From contig NW_021831989.1 of the NCBI RefSeq assembly GCF_006345805.1, forward strand, positions 606,266 to 670,265: a stretch of 64,000 nucleotides of DNA, given 5' to 3'. The notes under the pieces are model-generated. The model did not search any database, was not told the DNA's origin, and was given only the letters and a program-made list of their open reading frames with translations. The stretch comes from Octopus sinensis (taxonomy: Eukaryota). Within the stretch, counting starts at the first letter, position 1. Every line of letters begins with the position of its first letter. The position numbers were made by a program, and so were the translations under genes. Below, one piece after another: positions 1-12,343 of this stretch.

Positions 1-399
1 CTAATAATAATGAATTTAGTAATTAGAAACAATAATTTGACATGGTTTATTTAATTCGAGGAATAACGGATAGGATTTCATTTCCGTATGCCGAATCTTG
101 TTCAATGTAGCTGGAAACCGAATCCTTCATCGAATCCTATTTATTGGTAAAAATCAATTAACCGAGAAATTAAGTATTTGTTGAGTATTTTGATCATTAT
201 TTTGTAGAAATTCATTATTAGGTTGTTCTTTACAATCGTCATTTTGAGATAAACCACAAACTTCTATAAGTTCAACGTTCATATTATAATAATATTTTTT
301 AAATCAAATTAAAAATTTATAGAATTTTTGTGCATAAATTAACCAACAAAAAATTAAAAACCTTACCAGAAAGATCTAAATATGTAAGTTAAAGTGGGG

Positions 400-1450
400 G
401 AATCCAACTATGACCTGCTTTCAAGTGAATATTTATTGACTGTCAGGAAACGTAGGCTACAAGAACATAAACCTGAACTTTGCAAAGGGAGATACGGCTT
501 GTATATTGACCCCGGTTTTTATGGTATGTGACAGCAGTTGTAGCCATCAACTACGTACGGACCAGCCTTTACCTTCGTTTCGTTGACCACAAAAATGTCC
601 GCACTCGTGGTGGTCAACATCTTCCGAACGGCGTCTCCTTTACCGGAAAGGACCGGGTTAACAATAAACAGTGTTTCCTTAACAATTTTGAATGATCCAT
701 CGAGGAAAACAAGAACTCCATCAGAGTGACTGATAAGCCTACGTCATCCGACGTAACTTTATGCTCTTCATCCCTGGTCAGTCCTTGGAACAAAGGCGAA
801 AGGAGAAAAATCATTCTTAAATCGATAGATGAATCTTTTTTTCCTACTGAGAAAGTCCCGGAGGTGTTCCGCCTGCAGCAGTTGGACCCTTCGTCATTCC
901 TGCCTCAGGAAATATTCACGAAGTCGACTAAAATTTTTGCTCAAAATATGTAATAGATGAACCCTTATGCCATGAAAGAGACGATCGCGGCGATCAGAAG
1001 TTATAAAAACAATGCACCTAGATTTGACTTCATCTCTATGGTGATGTTCAAGAAGGCACCCGGATGTCTGATTCGTATTCTTGTAAAACTATTCAATGCC
1101 AGTTGAGACAATAGTCATGTCACAGCTGGCTGGAAGCGAACAATCGTCCGAATGCTCACAAAGCCTGGTAAACTGAATACATAGGCTGAAGTTATAGAGC
1201 AATTAGCCTTATCTCCACAATCTCGAAGATAATATAATGAATCATTTTCAATCGTTTATCGGCTTACGCCGAACAAAATAATTTACTCGCGGAAGAACAA
1301 TGAGGATTTAGACCTGGTTGATCAACAGCTCACTTTTTCTCGCTTCACGATGAAAAACTGTAAGGCTTGCCTAACGGAGGTCTTTTGGAACATCTGTCAG
1401 GTGTTTGGCAGTGTCTGACACTTTGGATTGTTAAAGAAAGTGGCAGAATC
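400..1450 (+). mobile_element. Degenerate APE-type non-LTR retrotransposon, reverse transcriptase fragment
   Basis: Frameshifted translation of ~960-1445 gives RT motifs: KNNAPRFDFIS..F, LVKLFNAS..GWKRTIVRMLTKPGK, SYRAISL, LLAEEQ*GFRPG. Several stops. Confidence 0.75.
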
Positions 1451-1670
1451 AGATGATAAAAAAATATTATTTAAAAAACAAAGACAAATGCATGCCATTT
1501 TTAATTATTGAGTTTTCTTTCTAAAAATATTTTTCTATCAATAGGAAATTTTATAACCACACAATTAATTTTATAATTTGACAACGTTCAATTGACTAAA
1601 TAATTCTTTAGAAAATTAAAAAAAATTAATACGGATTTTAATCAGTTTAGTAAAGTATTAATTTTTAGTT

Positions 1671-2358
1671 TTAGTCTCCTTGCATTAACGAATAAAACTC
1701 TAAAATATATGATTTAATTTGTTTTCAACCATTAAAATCTACTTCTCCTGATCCGTCCTTATCAGTCTCGTTAATCATTTCCTCGATTTCATCGTTAGAA
1801 AGATTTTCCCCAAGAGATTTAAGTATATACCGTAAATCGTCAACATCAATTTGATTTCTTTTATTTGCTAACATCCTGAAGGCATGTCTTAGTTCAGCTT
1901 CTTCTTGATCTTCTCGTATTTTTTTCTCTAATAAATTTATAAACATTTCGAATTCTATGTTTCCGTTATCTAAAACAAATGCTTGATAACATAAACCGTT
2001 GCAGTCAATGTCATTTTCCCATTTCTTTACTTGTTCAGGACGCAAATTATGCCCAATCGATTTAAAAACGTTTGTCAATTCTTTAAGTGGAATTTCTTTT
2101 CCGTTTTTTTTGTCGATTTCAAAAAAAGAGTTTTTTACTTCTGATTTATTAATACAAATAATGAAATTTTTCGTAATATTTATTAAAAGAATAATTATTT
2201 AATACGCAATTACTAATTCTCATTCTTTTATAGATAATATCAGATAAGATTTGCTGTGATTTTTAATGAAACAATAGAAAATATATACTTGTTATATATT
2301 CATCAGATATTCTAATTTCCGACTAAAAACATAAATATGACTTTAAAACTTGTTTCAT
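1671..2358 (-). CDS. Troponin C, mollusc/lophotrochozoan type (EF-hand protein), spliced
   Basis: Spliced product MKQ|SEIRISDEYIT|KVKNSFFEIDKK...KKWENDID...LLEKKIREDQEEAELRHAFRML...LRYILKSLGENLSNDEIEEMINETDKDGSGEVDFN|EFYSLMQGD*. It closely resembles scallop troponin C as I recall it; only EF-hand IV (DKDGSGEVDFNE) is canonical. Includes a 27-nt intron at 1970-1996. First exons are less certain. Confidence 0.75.
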
Positions 2359-2689
2359 TTCAGATAAGTGGATTTCATATTATATATAGCATGATCGATT
2401 CATCAAAATGACAGATATACGTAGAATGCTGTCATATTTGACAGATATTTCCATAAATTACATGTTTTTCTTTATTATTCTTCAATAATCCGCGGCTTTA
2501 ATTCCAATGGAAGGCCTACGTTCAGTGGGAGGCCAGAACATGCATTATTAGAATGGCTAAAAAAAGACTATCGGAGGATGGGAGGAAAGCTTGAATTTTA
2601 AGACGACCTAGACGATATTCGAATCCTAGCCAGAGACAAAAGGTTATGCGAATTGGTGACAGCGAGAATCTTTTTGGTTGCAGACCCCT

Positions 2690-3420
2690 TGTGACTGCAT
2701 AAAAAAATTTGCAGACCGCCAACATATTTTTACAATTTTTTTGTCAAAATTATTATTAAAAAGAAAATAAAATTAATAAGAAAGTTGAAGTTGTTTTTTA
2801 TGCAATGTTATCATTTTGAGGTTCAGTTATCGACAAACATACTCAATGTCATCTTCAATATTCAATCTACACGATGAGTATTTTTCATATTGAAAAGTGT
2901 TGAAAAGCCATGTTTGCATAAATACGTTGTCGGAACAATAAGCCACGAATTTAATGAATTTGGGCTCAGGGAAGGATAAAAATAACACATTTCACACCAA
3001 AATCTTGACAAATTCACAACAACGGCACTAATAGTTAATATTAAACAGTTCACAAACTTAATTGTATCCACAAAATCAACTTCCCTGAAGCGATTTGTTG
3101 AGTGAATTTATACAAGATAAAACATCTCTCCAGAAGGCAAGCTTGGATAGCCATCAACTATCCATCAACTTTGAAGTAGATTCCGTACGACATCATCGAG
3201 AACATATCTTAAATCTGAAGGTCGTGTTTTTGCAGTTAGTGCATATCGATGTACCATACAATACAAATGTTTCATTTTCTCGTTAGCCAGTCTAATTTTA
3301 CCTTTAATGGCAAAATCAAAGCTAATCATTGCTGGTGCTCCATCGGTTTTAAAAATGCCTTTTAAACATAGATCCATGTAAAGGATAATCCATACTTGTT
3401 ATTGTATTCAAAGATTTAAT
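2690..3420 (-). mobile_element. Degenerate hAT (Buster/Charlie-like) transposase fragment
   Basis: TDGAPAMI...YCMVHRYALTAK..LRYVLDDVV (catalytic D and CxxH motif) and a C-terminal PTTYLC...FS remnant. Confidence 0.7.
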
Positions 3421-3671
3421 TACAAGTCCTTAGCATCCTGACACTTTTCCTAATTAAGATTATTTTTATAATAAATCGATAGATTTGACTTTGCACATTG
3501 ACAATTTTTTTGATCTTAGTTTTTGGGCAATTATCTTTAATACTTTAAATATTCTTTGAAATTAATAGAGATAAAAATGATCTCTTTTTATTCGCAATTA
3601 AAATTCCATAAATTAACTACTCAGGAAAAAAAATTGCTAATTAAGGATCTAAGATAATCGACAATGAAATA

Positions 3672-5401
3672 TTAATAAAAAGCAGTAAATAATAAGCAAA
3701 TTACTAGTAGTATCAAAAAGAATTGACACATAATCTGAAATTATATATACAAAAAAGGAACTTTGTATTTCCAAACCTTGGCTTCTAGTTCAATGACTAA
3801 GCTGTCACTACTAGAATGTTTGAGTATGTCAATCTATATCAATAATCAAAAAATATCATACAGGAGGAACGACTCTATGTCTGACTTCGTTGGTAACGAG
3901 GTCATCATTCTGAACGATCGGCGACTCTTTATCAACAGAATAATGATCCAGTGAGAAAGAAGACAGCTGTATCACTCGACTATTAAGTACGGAAACAGTT
4001 TCAACCAAGTTCTTAACCTGGTCTACAAAATTAAAGAAAAATACCAACCAGATAACATAGCACACTTGGTTTGTTCCAATTCCAACTCAACTCTCAATTG
4101 GGTCGTCACGTTGTCAACCCAATCTGATGATATTTCATCATTTCCTTCCTCAAGAGCAGTCAAATCATGTACGGTAACTTTCAGATCAAAACAAGTACAT
4201 ACCAAATTTAAAATTGCCATGTCTTGCAGGGAGACAGTCTTCATTCTCGCTCTCACATATAAATGCTGGTTTAGTCACGCTATTGTCTTGTAGGAATGTA
4301 CGTTGTTCGTATTCCTCTATTACGGATTTAAGCTCGCGAACAGTCTCCTCAGAGTTCTGTGAGTAACAGCTTAAAATAAACATTAAGAAGTTTTTGGAGT
4401 TTGTCCCTTTCTTCAAACAGATTATTAAGTCTTGTTTCGCTGATTTCTATCTCCTGTTTATATTTGGAATTCCAGTCATTAAGGGATTCAATTTGTCTCA
4501 GCAAAGACGACATCTTAACCTTCAAATCAAAAAAATAAAGAATACGTCATTATTCGCCAAATCCATCGACAATTCATCCTTTTCTTTCAAAGTAGATTCC
4601 AATTGTGACTAAAAATCACAAAAGTATCAAAAACTTTGTATATCATTTCACGCTTAGCTGCCATGGAAATCACAGTCTCCTCGTCAAGCCCAGTTAGTGG
4701 TTTGGGGCCGAATAATGATAACTGTTCGTGTAAATAATTAATCCTGAGAACAAGTTCATTGACCTTGATGTTTTCCTGACAAATATAGCAGTTTAAAAAC
4801 TTTGAGATGGAAGTTAATTGAATCCTCCCAAATACTCAGATTGGACTCGAATAACTCCAATTGTCTTTCCACGTTTTCATGTCCCGTCGTCACTTCCTCG
4901 ACAAGCATCTCCAATTCCCCCAGTAGTCCATTGCTGACCACAATTTCTTCATTTTGACTAAAATAAATAAAAAACAATACTTTTCTTTTAAGTCGACTTT
5001 GCAGATTACACATGGATGGAATGCTAAGGAAATTATTGTTTGGGGAATAACCTCCATCAGGTGTTGTTACACTGACTCCGAATTGGAGGATTGTGTTGTG
5101 GAAGATTTCATAAGCAGGTTGATTGTCCTGGTCGTGATTAATTCTGCGGTTATTTATGAACGTCCCGTTGCTGCTGTTTGTGTCTTTGATGTATACCTGT
5201 GATTAAATTAAAATGGATTACTTTGTTATTTTTAGACCAAATTATTGCGTGATTTTTTGAAAGAACTCGACATTCGAAAAGTCCGTTTTCTGGACAAGAA
5301 CTTCCGTCAGCCTGGCGACCGATTATTATTTGATTTGAGAGGTCCAAATGTTTGTTTTCGAATTTGAAAGACTCTTTGATACATCTTAGGATGAGTTGCA
5401 T
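3672..5401 (-). CDS. SLMAP: Sarcolemmal membrane-associated protein (FHA + coiled coil + tail anchor), spliced
   Basis: N-terminal FHA motifs IIIGR..ENGLFECRVLSKNHAIIW..|VYIKDTNSSNGTFIN..ILQFGV, coiled-coil exons, and a last exon giving a hydrophobic tail IMCQFFLILLVICLLFTAFY*. Confidence 0.8.
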
Positions 5402-7489
5402 CTTTGCTTTCTTCTAAATAAAAAAGGTCACCAACAAATGCACACTACGATTCGTTAAATTTAATTTATTCGTATAAAGATTAAAATTTTATATATTTAA
5501 AATATTTAAATGATTAATTAATTATTATTGTAAAATTATTAAAAACTTGTTATTACATTTTCAAGTCGTTAATACTTTTATGCCAGTCCGCTCATCTCTT
5601 TAGAAATTGAATTTAAAATAATTTAATTCTTTCAAACAATAAATTTATAAAATTCGTTGTCAAGACGAATGCCATTGTTTTCTGCATGTAGAGTCCCAAT
5701 AGATATTACCTCTAGTAGTCCTCTAAGGGTAGCTGTTTTCTCAAGGGAGGACGACAGACGTCAGTTAGGGAGCTGCCCACTTGAGACTAAGACAAATTTT
5801 TATAAATGTCTGGAATATCTTACAGAGAGCTCTGAATCTAAATTTGATGTGGAAATGTTTACTTCCGAATTTAGAATATTCCTATAAAAGGAAAATGTTT
5901 AATTTCGCATGGAATTTCTTTATTTGAAGAAATAAGTCCATACTCGAAAGTCTAAACCTTATAGACTGCAAAACTTTTTATAAACATGAACGGTACATTT
6001 TATCGTGGTTGGATATGCTAGTTATATATATCCCTCTTAATTCAATTCCATCAAATTTTATAATTATATATGCGGGAGAATCAAATATGTTAAAGTAATA
6101 AACAAAAATACTCTTTCTTAAAACCTCAAAAATCTAAATTGGTAGACAATGTTATATGGTCACAATGAATGGAACGTACCCAACCAGCAAATAACCGGAG
6201 GTATAAAAATATAAAGATTATGTAACTTTACTCTTTATTAATAAAAAGAAACTAATTTACTAATTATTTGCCAGAACCTTCAAAGCAAACAGAGGATGGC
6301 ACTCCACGGATCTCCCTTTTTTTCCTCCTCTTCTCTGGCACTGTAAACCTCCGAGAAGGTGCAGTATAGCGCCTCTTGCTGACTAAATGTCAGGAAAGAC
6401 CTGGATAGGCGAGCATCAAACAAGATACTCTCCACAATCCTCTTAAGAACAGTTGACCGCATAGAAGCCTGTAGAGATTTATCACAAAAATCTAGGAAAT
6501 AAAACCGAAGCATGGCAGATGGATTTTATACTAAACCTGAGCAATCAAGACATTCACCGTTACTGATCTGATTAAACTTTGCATCGACAGATTGATACGT
6601 CTTGGGAAAAAGGTGGACAAGTTCGTTTGACGTCGTGCTTGAACTCATCGAATTTTGAAAGTAAAGTACTTAAATAAAGATTGAAAAACAGCAACAAAAC
6701 AACAAAATTGAAAAAACCAGATAAAATTAGTTTTTAATTATTGCGTCTGCCTTCAGTCGATTTCCCTCCTCTTCAAGCCCGAGCCAATGTCTTCAACGGG
6801 CACACTTACCTATTTTACAGGGCAGGCCACTTTTATGGTTGTTCTCGAGTCTGATTAGATGGTCTCATTAGGAAAAGCTTTCTCCGCCGTTGCCTTTGCA
6901 AACCGGGTAATTTGACGATCTTCGGGTGGGTACATGCCAAACTTATATTCTGTAAGCATACTCTCCAATGTTTTCCGAATGACCACAGACTGGCAGATTG
7001 AATATTTAGATCCCTTTATTAAAATATTGAGTTTTAAGGAAATATTAATTGAATTATGTGAATCAATAAATTTAAAAGTCTAATAATATAATTGATAGTT
7101 TAGAACTGACTCTCTCTTTGGATATAAAAATTATTAAATCTTTATGTAAAAGTACTATTTGAGGATCCTCGGTATATGCGTCTATAAAAGCAGCTATTTG
7201 AATTAATACTGTGAGCTAAAGCAATAGTGTCGTCTAAAAAATTTTTTTATTAGGTAGATTGAAAATAACTTTTCACAGAGCCATTCATCTGCAAAATACC
7301 TGCCTGATTTAATCGAGCATTTCAGTTAACGATATTAATTTTAGAAAAATTTATTATTACGGTCTTGAATTTATTCCGTAAGTAGTTGTTACACTCTCGT
7401 TAGTTCTTTTCATTATTATGTTTTTTATTTTGGATTATTTTTTAGCTTTTTTAAACTTTTTTTTTCTATCAATGTATTTTTTTAACAAA

Positions 7490-7687
7490 AGGAAGAAAAT
7501 ATAGGTTAATTAAGGTTGTTTAAGAGCAGAAAGGATAGCGTGGCTATTACCCCTGACAACGGTTGTTGAAAGGCGTTGAAACAGCCATTCGGTCTCCCTT
7601 CTATCTTTCGTCTGAACCGAGATCAGGGATCCAAGTTTCCTAATGAAAGCGATTGATTCCGGACCAAAGACTCCGGATGACTCCACA
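7490..7687 (-). mobile_element. 5'-truncated 3' end of a CRE-like RLE retrotransposon, near-identical to 43020-43215
   Basis: Reverse complement matches 43020-43215 with few mismatches; encodes VESSGVFGPE..RETEWLFQRLSTTVVRGNSHAILS. Confidence 0.85.
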
Positions 7688-8514
7688 AACTATTTAAACT
7701 ATTTAAAGTAAAGGTATAAACTATTAATACCGTTAAAAAAATACAGACAGCTTTTAAATGATACTTGTTTTTAAAACGAAAAAAACCTAGAAAGTATATT
7801 ATTCCCGCTGTAAACAACCGTTGTGGGTTTGATTCCAGAAGAGGATGGGGTTAATCTTGTCAATGTTTCCCCCCTTGAGGCACAAATGTTTAAAAGAGAC
7901 CTCTTATTCTCCCTGATTTACGTTATTGATAGGAGGCTGCCAGGGCATTTACAATCTCTTCATTTTTGAAGATTTGGAGGTCTATGTTGATCAGGCGGCA
8001 CAGTGTTTAAATGCTAGCTGTTGTCCATTTGGTGGAAGGTTCATTGCATCTACGATGCTTTGAAGAGGGTTTGACAAGTGACGCCGTCATCAGTGGCCTT
8101 CCACTGCGAAACAGAAATCAAATAAAGATCATTTCCAGGCCCTATCTACGATTAGTTAAAAAAATTAACTCTTTACTAAAAATAAAGTGTTTGTCGTGCC
8201 TGTGCGAAGCAGGGAAGATAAGGGTTATGATAAAAACGAAAGGCATATCCAACTTAATACTTTAATGATGATAATTAAAATAAAAACACAATTTTAGATT
8301 CAAATTAGTGAGGTTTTTTGAATATGTTCAGTAATATTTCAGCATTTAAGTCAACAGATTCAAAAATTTTTCTAGACTAATTTTTTTTAATTTTCATCAG
8401 TATCATAAAAATTTATTGAATTATTTATTAATTATATTTATATGAAAATTTGAATATATGTTTTTCCACTGGAAGACCATAATAAAATTATAAAATTACT
8501 TGTATTTATTTTAA

Positions 8515-9240
8515 ATGCACAAAGCTTATCATCTTTATGCGCCAAGTCATAACAAATATTTGCAAAAAAAATGGGACGATCTGAAATATTTAGAGCATAG
8601 ATGTAGAGTATGATTTTATTAAAATATTTGTTTCAGGTTAAATCTGCTTCTCATGTCGTCGATAATAAACCTCCACTAAATGTTCCGCATTTGAAGGCTC
8701 CCTCTAAAAAAACTAGGGTTAGAATAAATACTAATCATTTAGCTTGCAAAAGAAGAACAAGATAATATTGACAAAATGAATTTTAAAATTTTAAATTCAA
8801 TAAATAACTATAAAAGCACATCATTTAAGCCCACTTTTTACTCTATTAAAAGGTTATAAAAATTAAATATAAACTTTCTTTAGCCTAAATTCGGAAAGTA
8901 ATAAGAAAACTGCAGCGACTATTTCAAGTGAAAATAGTGATATTCTGAAACGCCTTGACAATGTGAAAAAAGTATATTCAAGAAAAAATTGGGAAAAAGA
9001 TTTTAAAAAGAATCTCGTTTATATGAACATGATTACTTGTTATCCTCTGAATTGGTGGAAATATAAGGTATTCTTAAAAAAATATTCATTATTGATTTTA
9101 AAAAGTTCTATTGTTTAATCTACTCTTCTGATCGATCTAATGTGATTTCTTAGGATACCAGAGTAGTCTACAGCAAGTTAGAAAAGTTCCCTCCTACCAT
9201 GTCTAAAATCTATGGAATTGAAAAAACTAATAAATCATAA
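8515..9240 (+). CDS. CFAP97-domain (Hemingway/KIAA1430 family) ciliary protein, CFAP97D1/D2-like, spliced; absent from the ORF track
   Basis: Spliced MHKAYHLYAPSHNKYLQKKWDDLKYLEHRCR|VKSASHVVDNKPP..HL..KK..|..|SLN..ENSDILKRL..YSRKNWEKDF..ITCYP matches the family pattern NKLLQKKWD..EHR..VDNKPP..SLN..ENQ.IL.R..YS..W. Confidence 0.75.
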
Positions 9241-9529
9241 ATTTAAGCTAAATTTATTGACTAACTAATATCTTTAACATTATAATGTTTACAAACGTCA
9301 TTGATGATTAATGTCTTAATTATTATCCTTAAACAAATAATTTAATGTAAATAAAATAATCCATTAAAGTTGTTATTTCTATTATATGCAGTTTTAAAAA
9401 GGCTATCATGCTATTAAAGTCATTAAATTTCAAAAAAATTATAATTTTGGCAAAGTATTTTAATACTGCAGTTGAAGAAAGTTTTATAGAGAAATAAAAT
9501 CAATACTCTTCCATTAGTGAAGACTTCTG

Positions 9530-10620
9530 GATGAAACCAATGGCGGTAGAGACCAGTGTTATTCTTGGAGGAACCCTTGTGAATTTGTTTTGTTTGTCGA
9601 CTCTCTTATCTCAAAAAGATCGTGAAACCCTAGCATTTTCAAGTTGTCATGTTTTTTGGAATAAAAAGTATGTTCTGGTTATTGTTGACCAAATGTATGC
9701 TCTGAACATTTACTTGTAGCTTTTCTGCATATGTTTTAGAGCACGTTGCCACCAATCTATTAAACTTCAAAAAAACTTACAACATCATAATTTTTTTATT
9801 GCGGATTTGGGAAAGTATCAAGCAAGGAGGTCATATTTGTCAAGTTTTTCGACTTTCATACGTTTTTATATTTCATAGGATGCGTCGTCACTTGAATTAG
9901 TTTCATTTAATTTTTTAATAAAATGACATAGCGAGGAAAGTCTGAATCAGATTGAAGCATCTGAAGATGTAATAAAACAACCATTTCTGACATCATGGCC
10001 AATTTCCCAGGGTATGTAATATTAAAATATTGTAACAACCTTATTCCTGATGATTTTGTTAGAGCTTTTTTCTTTTCTGTAATTATTTAACTGTAAAAAA
10101 TTTTTAGGCTTTGACAATTACTAGAAATATCTCCTCTTGAATACTCAAAAAGCATGTCACAGAGACTAAAGAGAGCAACATCATTGGTAGATTATATCAT
10201 TTTTCAGGTCTGATATTTATTAAAATCTTGTTTGTGATCACTGAAAATTCTATTCTGACAAATGAAATTTTTCAACTCATCACGCGATCTCATTGCTAAA
10301 ATACTACGTTGGCCTGATCGAAATTTGAGCCAAATGAGTACGATGGGACCTTGTTGTCCAAACAGTACTTCGAAAGAATCACGTCCACGTGTTGGCAAGC
10401 AATAAGGAGAAATGATAATTGTCTTGTAGGGAGCTAGGACGTGGACTGAGTAACATCGTCCACTTTAGTAAACAAATTCTTACTAAAATGCACGACACCT
10501 TGTGGAGTGGGTCAAGTGTATCCCAAAGGAAGGCTGCCATCCTTGTTGTTGAAAAAGTGCGTGGTACTATATTTGGACCATAAAAGGTTACTTATCGGCT
10601 AAGTATAATCTGAGTGCTAC
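9530..10620. mobile_element. Degenerate R4-like retrotransposon fragments
   Basis: Minus strand VEKLDKYDLLA near 9830-9865 (RLE end). Plus strand VLRKNHVH..ELGRGLSNI..SQRKAAILVVEK at ~10350-10600 (RT thumb region). Confidence 0.55.
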
Positions 10621-10849
10621 CCAAGTGAGGTCCCTAGTAGAGTGCATCAAAATTACGTGATTTTTTCTCGGTTTTCACCATGATCTTGGTGTTTAAACAA
10701 ATAAAATAAATTGTGTGATGTGCGGCATTCCTCAAATGGATCATTCTAACATGGAAATAGTCATTTACACAGATTATATTTTAATTATGGAGTTTTTATG
10801 AAAAAATCAATATAATGGAAAAGCACTCTCGTCATTTTGAAAAAATTGC

Positions 10850-12330
10850 TAAATAGTGTCAGGATAAATACTTGTCCTTATCTTTTGAAAAAGTGCTGGT
10901 TGTTGGATTGGCAAGAACAGAAGGAAACCTGATTCTTGTATTAGCATCGAGTTATAAAATCCGTGGAAAATCTAAAATATCTTGGAATAGTTGTGGATGC
11001 ATCTGGATCATGTTAGACTCATATAATCAACAGAAATAACAAAACTACTGCAATGCTGTATACGATTTCGGTTGAAACCGGAAACCTTCCTATACGTATA
11101 CTCTGCCTGAATAGAGCCCTTCCTGATTTATGGATTTTAAGGATGGTTCAAAAGCTATGAAGGAAAAAACTTTGAATTTTTGGAAAAAACGTGAAAATAT
11201 TTATTAAGATCGGCACATGGCTTGGATTTAAAATCTAAACTAACCCCAAAGTTGGAGGGATCTGTACGATCCATTGAAAATTGTTACACCACTTAAATCA
11301 ATAGTCGTGCAAGGAATCATTATTTTGTCGATGGGACATCTGCTTTCGTATTAAAGTAGACTCCAATCAGCAAAAAACTTGGTTCTTTTGTTTTCTTGGT
11401 TTCGTTTGGTTCTTCTCCTTTTCCCGCTCAATCATTCATGGATTTTATTTCTTTAGCATAGTCAAATTATTTATAAACTTTTAAGTCTTTTTGAGATAAA
11501 AAGACGAAATACTCATCGATATTTTCACAATTTCAGAAAAGTATCCACATTTTCAAGTAAACATTATGAAGAGACCTTGAATTTCTTAACATAACAATTT
11601 ATGATTAACAAATTCGAATGTTTTCTTGATATAATCCACATTGCAATTAGAGAATTTTCATACTTACTACTGGCACACTGGTTTATTAGCCATTTTTACT
11701 TTGCACCTTGACATTGCTTTCTAGCTTCAAGTCAGTATCTGAAATAAAATTAAATGTTTATATATAATTTTCTCCATGATTTTGATTTCACTTTTAAGAA
11801 AAGTTGAGATACTTGTTAATTTTTTTAAGCTAATTGTCCAGCATAAGTTATATCATTTGTTTCATTTAAGTTTAGTAAAAAATCAAACTGTATTTTTGTT
11901 TAAATCTTGAACTTAAAAAATCAAAAACCGTTTGGTAATCAAAGTGTCTGTAGACCAGCGGTGCTCAACCTGGGCTCAAAAATAAATTTAATAATTTTAA
12001 TTTTTGTCAATGTTTCAAGAAAGCTAAATCCACTTCTTCATACTTACAGTCATTAACGGAATTCATTCGTGCTGTTTTTACAAGCAACAAAAAGACCTTG
12101 CTTTGCTCCGTAGACATCCACAAAGCCTTCGAATCTGTCTCGAGGAAGCTCCTATAAGGAAGATATTCTAAACTGAATTTCCGCCGAAACTCAAACTATG
12201 AATCACCAACTTCCTAAGTAGACGAATATGAAGGGTGTGCCTCGGAGGTCCCTGCTCTGGACAACTTTATGAGCGTGTCCTTTTTGTTGATACCCACTGG
12301 ACTTTCCATCAGGCTGTTTTTTTTCCAGGT
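10850..12330 (+). mobile_element. Degenerate APE-type LINE RT fragments, plus a solo hAT-like end (cagcggtgctcaacct, ~11956)
   Basis: ENLKYLGIVVD at ~10965-11000; LLSVDIHKAFESVS..ITNFLSRR at ~12095-12230. Confidence 0.6.
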
Positions 12331-12343
12331 TACAAAAAAAACT

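Noticed and set aside
5620-7000. GC-richer patches and ORFs 5657-5887 and 6280-6513 as host genes
   Set aside because: No recognisable protein or splice pattern; probably decayed retroelement pieces that I cannot assign.
8060-8110. Hammerhead ribozyme core (CTGATGA on the minus strand; also at ~21545)
   Set aside because: No correctly placed GAAA or stem II/III pairing.
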